Both the position numbers and the translations under genes were made by a program. From positions 12,958,001 through 13,022,000 of the forward strand of contig CM022671.1 of assembly GCA_012295275.1 (NCBI GenBank): a stretch of 64,000 nt of DNA, read 5' to 3'. This document shows positions 57,001-64,000 of this stretch, in pieces. Below the pieces are notes generated by a model. The model had not been told where the DNA came from, ran no database searches, and saw nothing but the letters and a program-made list of their open reading frames with translations. Source of the stretch: Chrysomallon squamiferum. Its lineage: Eukaryota > Animalia > Mollusca. How positions within the stretch are numbered: the first letter of the stretch is position 1; each line of letters opens with the position of its first letter.

Positions 57001-60000
57001 TATTTGTATCTTTAATTAAAAAATAATATGTTATGTACATTTTCCACACTGTTTAATATTGTTATAAAAACAGTTAGAAAAAATGTTTTTATCACAGTTC
57101 AACGTAATTGTGAAAAATCTGTTTTCATTGTAACAGTTCACTCTGTTATAGATTTTCTTATGATTAAAATATATCTGTATGTGAGCATGTATGTTTGTTT
57201 ATTTATTCACAGTGCCATATGGAACACCACGAAATGTACATGTTTTCAGTTACAACAGTACAGCACTGAGAGTGGTTTGGGTTCCTGTACCAGATAACAG
57301 AGAATATATGAAAGGAAGACTGATTGGTTATAAGGTAATGAATAATGAATAAATAAATGAATAATGATTCAACCATGATATGGCAAAATATTCTATTCTA
57401 ATTGGCTAACTAGTTAATTTTGAGCAATGAATTGTTGATCGTCTGCCTCTGATTTTGATTTCCTATCTCAGATATAATGACACTGATTTACTTGAGCACG
57501 AATCCATCACCAAATGTTATCATTTACAACCTCTTTGGTTATAAATGCATTTAGCTGCTTTCAGTCCATTATCATCTATCTCAAAACTGAAATTGGAATA
57601 GATTCACCTAAATGAAATAATGAATGTTTTTTATGATGCAAACACATTTTAATATTAGCAGTTTTAGATATATTTTCAGTCACATTTGCACATTTTTAAT
57701 GTAAACTTTTAAAAATTCATACACACCCATGCAAATCTATCTTTGTAAGATAAACTACTGGAGGAAGGGGAAGGAGACAGAGATTCAAGCTGTGCAGCAG
57801 ATACTGCAGGGTCAGAGAGAAAGTGGGCTGATTATTGGTCTTGAACCAAACACATGGTACACAGTCACCGTACAGGTGTACAACTCAGCTGGAAATGGAC
57901 CTAAGAGTGAATTCTTCCACCAGATAACTGACAGAAAACGTTGGTTCTCTTTTAAGACTTTTAATTTAGAACTTGAATGTCACCAAATTTGTAGATGCTG
58001 TTCTTTATTTTGATATTTTTTAAAACATATATCTGTTTCTTAATTTAAGATATTATATAAAAATAATAATAATAATAAATATATTACATTTTATATATAT
58101 ATATAAAGGGATTAGCAATATTATTTTTTAGAGAAAAAGGGGATATAATAAAAAATACAGAACCTTTTTAAAAAAAATTAGATTACATAATCTGGATACA
58201 CTATTAATATAGCTGTACTTTGTTATTATAATAATAAATTAATATAACATCATTCTGCTGTATAATAAAATTTCTTTTGTGTAGCACCACAAAACTACCC
58301 CACAGAAGTTCACATATATTCTTATGGTGCAGAAACAGTTCAAGTATCTTTCCGAGGAGTCAGCACCCAGGCATTTGAAGAACCTCTGCAGGGTTACAAG
58401 GTAAACTAACATTGTTTAATTTCCTTTTCATGGTAAGGTAAATCATCTATAAGACTCTTTGCTTCTTTACTATTTAAGATTAATTTAAGTGTTTTAATGT
58501 TATAACATAAGATTGAAAAAATAAATTAATATTTGTTAATTTGATCAAATTAATTTCAAAATATACCTGTTAGTTTAATGATATTATATCCCATTAGTCC
58601 ACTTCAAATAAAGGTTGAAATGGAAATATCAAAAAATAACATTCTTTATATTGTAAATAAACCTGCATGACATCTTTGACATTTTATAATTTATGCATTT
58701 TCCATAGAAAAAACTAGGACACAAAATATTTAAATGGAATTCAAGATTTTGTTTCTGATTATCAGGTTAAGTACTGGAGAATAGGTGAGGATATAAGAAA
58801 AGCTAGGATTTTTGACTGTAAGAAATCTTTTCATGCCATCCTGCCCCACATTGACAATGGGACAGTTTATCAGCTGAGAGTGTTTGGATACAGTCGAGGA
58901 GGACAGGGCAAAATGAGTTCTCCTGCCACTCTTTTTACAATAGGTAAGAGTCTGTGATGGTTAAATGTTAGCAAAATCAGGTAAAAGTAAAGTTAAGTTT
59001 AATACAATAGAGAATTAGATTGTTTAGGTTTGTTTTTAATATACTCCAACATTAATGTATGGCAAAATATAATTATAGATATAGTAATTTTAATTGTTAG
59101 ATTGTTTAACATTTGAATCAAATTTTTATTCACAAAAGGTTAAATCATCTCTGTCTCTGGCATATAAACAAGGTGCTATAGTTCATTTGTATAAGAGTGT
59201 GTTACTGTTAGGCTTCTTAGAGTAAACATTTTTACACCTGCACTGTTAACCTTTTCACTGGGGAAATGTAACAAGCCTACATTTTATTTTGGGAAAGATT
59301 CCATTATTTGGAATAGTAACCTCTTTAGACCATTTATTTGTCACACAGAAACATCTCCACAAATTACAATGGAAATGGATACTTATAAATGGCACCTAAT
59401 ATTCCTGGCCATTTCAAAAAACAGGTGGATGTCATCGTCTACTGTTAATATTTTTACTGCAGTAGAAGTAGATCAGACACAGGCAGTGTAGTGGACCAAT
59501 AATAATACTGCCACAAGATTCTATTACAATGAGGTGTTTTTTTCTTCCAGAAAGGATTTAAGTAGTCTTGGGATGCTTTGACATAATACTGCAGAATACA
59601 GTATCAGTTTCAAATGCATCAATGATAAATGATATAGTTAATGTTACCAACAACAGAATAAGATTAAAATTTTCATTTCACTACTGAAATGTACAAGTCA
59701 ATCTCTTTCTCAGATCTTTTCTGTACATACATACGCGCACACACACACACAAAATGAATGAGACAACACTGAATGATTTAATAATAACTGTTCTGCAGTA
59801 GATTCATTTTCTCTCTTACTTTTCTATAAAATACAATAACTGTGGTGGGATCTTGTTTATTTCCCTTACTTTGCTAATTCATATTCTTCTTTTTCAGCTG
59901 GATCTCTTCACTTTAATTACAATTTCAACCTTATGACCACAGAAATGATGGCTGGCAGTGGTTTTATAACATCTTCATTTATTCTTATTACTACAGTTGT

Positions 60001-60037
60001 CACAGCAATTTTGTCTTTCCAACAGTTGTATAAATAA
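40368..60037 (+). CDS. Cont: Invertebrate-type contactin: signal peptide, C-type lectin-like domain, 6 Ig, 4 FN3, GPI signal; 24 coding exons, 1243 aa
   Basis: In-frame GT-AG exons: 40368-40428, 41022-41122, 42111-42193, 43666-43814, 45752-45859, 46749-47078, 47438-47533, 47967-48206, 48537-48642, 49202-49389, 49710-49982, 50240-50533, 51069-51232, 51566-51695, 51910-52083, 53146-53289, 55352-55446, 55984-56079, 56405-56558, 57213-57334, 57750-57939, 58285-58400, 58766-58943 and 59898-60037. Motifs PRGPKF, GKLYFSEV, GGGGGKVGTL.ITW, IYSAED, GNGPKSE and a hydrophobic C-terminus with no cytoplasmic tail. Confidence 0.95.
42270..42440 (+). mobile_element. Degenerate SINE 3' fragment (tentative)
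   Basis: GAAAGAGTA..CAGCAGGTTTCCTCT..TATCTGAGT..TAAATAAAAAGTGTTGAGTG..TTAAATAGAACAT followed by a TTCC-rich tail resembles a recalled gastropod SINE end. Reverse-orientation tail fragments lie near 47601 and 50040. Confidence 0.4.
42671..43540 (+). mobile_element. pogo-family non-autonomous DNA transposon, copy 2, retaining the transposase start
   Basis: Same TIRs and TA flanks as 20597-21328. Positions 43047-43124 encode MMPGKRNKYTAQFKLAVIRFAENSNN, like the Brinker-type DNA-binding N-terminus of pogo/POGK-like transposases. Confidence 0.9.
53372..54061 (+). mobile_element. Tigger (TIGD1-like) internal-deletion derivative in a contactin intron
   Basis: TIRs CAATGGTACCTTGACTTAC / ATAAGTCAGGGTACCACT with TA flanks. 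Internal fragments read KVSAKD..EKKKWIMSVELKFEFIEKHE..ARQY..KELIKAETPAKGVEIIS. Confidence 0.8.
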
Positions 60038-62834
60038 TAATAAACCCAGATCATTTCTGTATAGAATTTTTCAAACTACTAGCTCCCATTGTATTGAAAT
60101 TGTAAATCAGAGGATTCCAGTTTGCAAGAAAACTTTTTTATTGTTTTATTTTGTATAAAACAATTTTCTCTTCCTGTTTTTGAGATTTGTATGTTCTTTA
60201 GTTTGTATAATATTAATACTTTTTTTTTCTTAATATTAATTAATTTGTTCTAGTTTTGTGATATTTAATATTATTTCTTCAACTTTGGATTTTACTTGTA
60301 GAGTGTGATATCATTGATTTGTCTTCCTGTTTTGTAATGGGAATTTATATTTTATTTATTTTATTTTATTTATAATTATTTTTAAAATTATTTTTAATAA
60401 TTTTTTTCATTTCTTTTCTTTTCTGTAATAGGAAAAACACATTTCTTCATTTTCATAAATACTAATTAAAGTTAGATTTGTTTCCCATTTGTATTTTATT
60501 ATTTTTTATGGCTCATTTGTAACATCGACTTTTTCTGTCTGTTGTGTAATGTCTGGTTTTTCTGTGTGTAAAAATGAATAGGTTACAAAAAGTATGATCT
60601 ATGCTGATTATTTGCTATCTGAAAAACTATGTTGTACAGAATGTTTATGTTTCTCTAAGTTGGATTCAGAACAACTGTTGGTCCAAACAAATCTATGGTG
60701 TCATTTTTAGATTGTAGCTTTTCTCATTAACTATTAATAATGCTGTAATGCATGTTTTTATTACTTGTATAGTTGTAATAGTTTTTGTCTTTTTAGATTT
60801 TGTTTGAATATGAAATCTCTTTTAATACCTAATGTGTCTTCTATATGAACAATTTAATGATGTTTTTAAGTATTTTATATAATTACATGTTTCTTTGGGT
60901 TTTTCTTTTTTGTCCATTTACATTTTTTCAATTTAAATAGAAATACTGTTGCAAATATTCCATGTATGAGGAACAATAATAAATGTGTAATGAATTGTTT
61001 AATCTGTCCAAATACAAGTCCCATAAATCATTTATTTTTATATTCATTTTTATTACCTGTATTACTTTTTTCTTCTTTTTTTAAAATTTAAATTACCATA
61101 TTTTTAAAATTTTACAAAATATTGACCATTTTTTTTTTTTGTGATTGTTAACAATTTCATTTTTCAGCCAAAAATGCAATTTCTTGAACAGTTAATCTGT
61201 TAAGAGAAAATAAAAAATGTATCTATGTATCTGAGTTTGTCAAATGAATAACTGTTATGAGACTTATTTTTCTTTAAGATAAAACTCCAAAACCACTGTT
61301 TCAAACTTTAAAACTGAAATATTTGACAAACAGTGTTAAAACATAGCTGAATTTAATATTGAGTGTCTGGTTATAAATCGAAGTATCCTTAACATATGTG
61401 CACAGAAACACAAATACCTAAACACGGTTACAGAAAAGTCTTCACATTTTATGAGGGTATTTTAAGAATTATCTCTGTTCAGATTTAAGAATTCTAATTT
61501 AATTAATTTTTAAGTTTAAATATGAATTACCATTGCATGCTTTAAAATTATTTCTTTCATTACTCAAATCTTGAATAATTACAAAATGAGACAGAGACTT
61601 GTTATATGATATTGCCATAGCTTTTTATTATTAATATTTGTTATTATTCATGATATAATTATGTAGGAGTATACAAAATACATTTAGGCTAAATATAATA
61701 CTTTAAAAGATATTAAACATATTTCTGAGAATATTTGACATCACTTTCATCATTTCATTAAAAACCAGCAATTAAAGATAAAATCTTTTTTTCAACAATA
61801 ATTATAACAATACTGTGTTGGAACCACTTCTGTCAGTTTATGTAAAAAAAAATTGTTCTCATTTTACAAAATAAGGCCATATTTAAAAAAAAAAAATAAT
61901 TCTACCATTAAATTATACAGCTGTAATCATGCATACCCCCCCCCAAATATCCAGAATTGTTTTTGAACAATTTATAAAAATGTTTTGTTTTAAAATGTGA
62001 TGGTTGTGAATATGTACATATATATCTGGAATATTTTTGATTCATTTGTCATACATTAGATAAAAGTATAAGATGTAGATCTCCTGGTCATTTGTATTCT
62101 ATGATAGATATGTACACTTAAAAGTAATTATATTTTGCATAGGATTTGTGTTACAAATATATCAGTATTTTTACCTAATAATTAGGAAAATTATTAATAA
62201 ATATATTTGTCATAATTTATATACAGTGTATTTTTTAAATCTTAAAATTTAAATTATAGCTGAATTTTGGTTCTATAAACATTTTGAAAAATAATAAAAT
62301 GAAATAATAAAATTTCTGTAACATATTTAATTATATAACTATTGTTCTGGCACCACCTTTTTTTCCTTTTAATTTAATTTATTAATTTGTACCCATCATT
62401 ATTGATTTATTTGTTTATATATTTATTTATTATCATTACTTCTTCTACTTGCTCATTATTATTATTATCATCATCATCATTTACTTTTTAAAATGTCTTC
62501 AGTGTTTTATAAAAATAAGCAATATATTACACATAAAATACAGCCGAATTATTTTAACCTTTTATATTGTACAAATTGTAATCATTTCCATTAGGAGTCA
62601 CAGATGTATGAGATTATCTCTATTCTTATGCAAATGTTGGAATAAGTAATATTTTTTTATATTTGAAATAAAATTTTATGTAATAATTTATTTTATTCTT
62701 TATTATTTGAACATAATGATTTTAAAGTGGTGAATTGCTTTTCCATGTAGTGATTGTTTAGGTATGCATTTTAAAAGTTCATTGACTTAATCTGGCTTTC
62801 AATTTATAATTTATGACAATTTTCAGGTGACATA

Positions 62835-63532
62835 CAGTATTCCCTCGTTATTCGCGGGGGTTACGTTCTTTACCCCCCCCCCGCGAATAGCGAAAAAACG
62901 CGAATATTGGATGCAGTTTTAAAACGTCTATTATGAGATTATATACGGTACTAAATGCTTCCCAAACACTTTCTAAAGACATTCTTACTCATTAATACAG
63001 TAATAATGTAGTAATATTGCATGCAGTTATGTATTTCACTAATGTAGTAATGATAATGTAAACACATTTTAATTTTGTACTGAAACAATAAACGTAAGTA
63101 CATGAGGACAGTAACACCGCATAGCATAGTTACCCATACAGTATTACTGTACCGTAAAGTCATTTTCTATGCGTACAACATATGTATTAGAATTGACAGA
63201 AAGTGGAACAAATTTAAAGGCAAAACAGACAGATAAATACAGTACGCACAGTTCAGGTAATAATAATACAGTTCAGTAATAATATGCAATTAAAAACATT
63301 ATTAATACACGGTCACAAAAAAATATGCACTGTATATACAGTGTATGCATTTATAAAAAAAATACGTACTGTACAGCAATAATAATTAAAAAAATTTGAT
63401 ATTGTTTGTGCGGTTTACCGAGCATTTGTTTGTATGACGTTATGACGCTAGCCTGGTATACCAACATACGATGCGATAGGGTTAAGAGCCTAACCCGCGA
63501 ATAGGGAACCGCGAACAGGTGAAGGTATATTG
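62835..63532. mobile_element. CpG-rich Tigger-type non-autonomous element
   Basis: TA-CAGTATTCCCTCGTTATTCGCGGGGG at the left end, CCGCGAACAGGTGAAGGTATATTG-TA at the right end, and subterminal CGCGAATA repeats at both ends. Confidence 0.75.
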
Positions 63533-64000
63533 TATTTTTTGTTTCGGGCTTGTTAGTTACATAATACACATATAACACTAATTCCATAATTTTTCTGGAT
63601 AGAGCAAACAAAAATTATCCACGATAAATACATAATAAAACAAATAATTACCCATAAATAAAATGAATGAAAATAAAAATATATTTGCTATTTGATCTGC
63701 ATAAATTGCACTTTCATTTTAAGCATTTGGCAGAAAACGTTGAAGTTAACATATCTTTTTTCAAAGATTTGTTTTTTTTCAACACTAAAATGTCACCCCT
63801 TGTCATCCAAAAATGTTTTCGTTCACCTCTTCGTGTTAATGCTTTTCCTGAGAAATATCCTAGAATAAATTTCTACAAGAATATTTTAAAAATCATTAAT
63901 CAAGTGTTGCATTATAGCGTTAATCAATGAAGAGAACAAATTAAAAGAAAATATTTGGTTAACTCGGTGACAAAATCTTCCTGGTATTAATCAGTGCATT

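Overview
AT-rich, CpG-depleted, intron-rich animal DNA, probably a mollusc or other lophotrochozoan (inferred from the gene set and repeat types). Three genes look intact, all on the + strand: cereblon (5' end outside the window), the mitochondrial protease ATP23, and a 24-exon invertebrate-type contactin (C-type lectin + 6 Ig + 4 FN3 + GPI signal). Between ATP23 and contactin, and almost invisible in the ORF track, are two divergent DD3-3-family paralogues arranged head-to-head about 1.3 kb apart. One is predicted membrane-anchored (- strand, 15465-28338) and one lacks a TM segment (+ strand, ~29612-36638). Both are heavily decayed pseudogenes that kept their introns. The largest intron of the - copy holds a transposon nest: a pogo-derived MITE and an old Tigger remnant, into which a young but defective Mag-type Gypsy LTR retrotransposon inserted. 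Other introns and the region downstream of contactin carry hAT, Tigger and Tc1/mariner derivatives. All identifications come from manual translation and remembered family motifs; no database searches were run.
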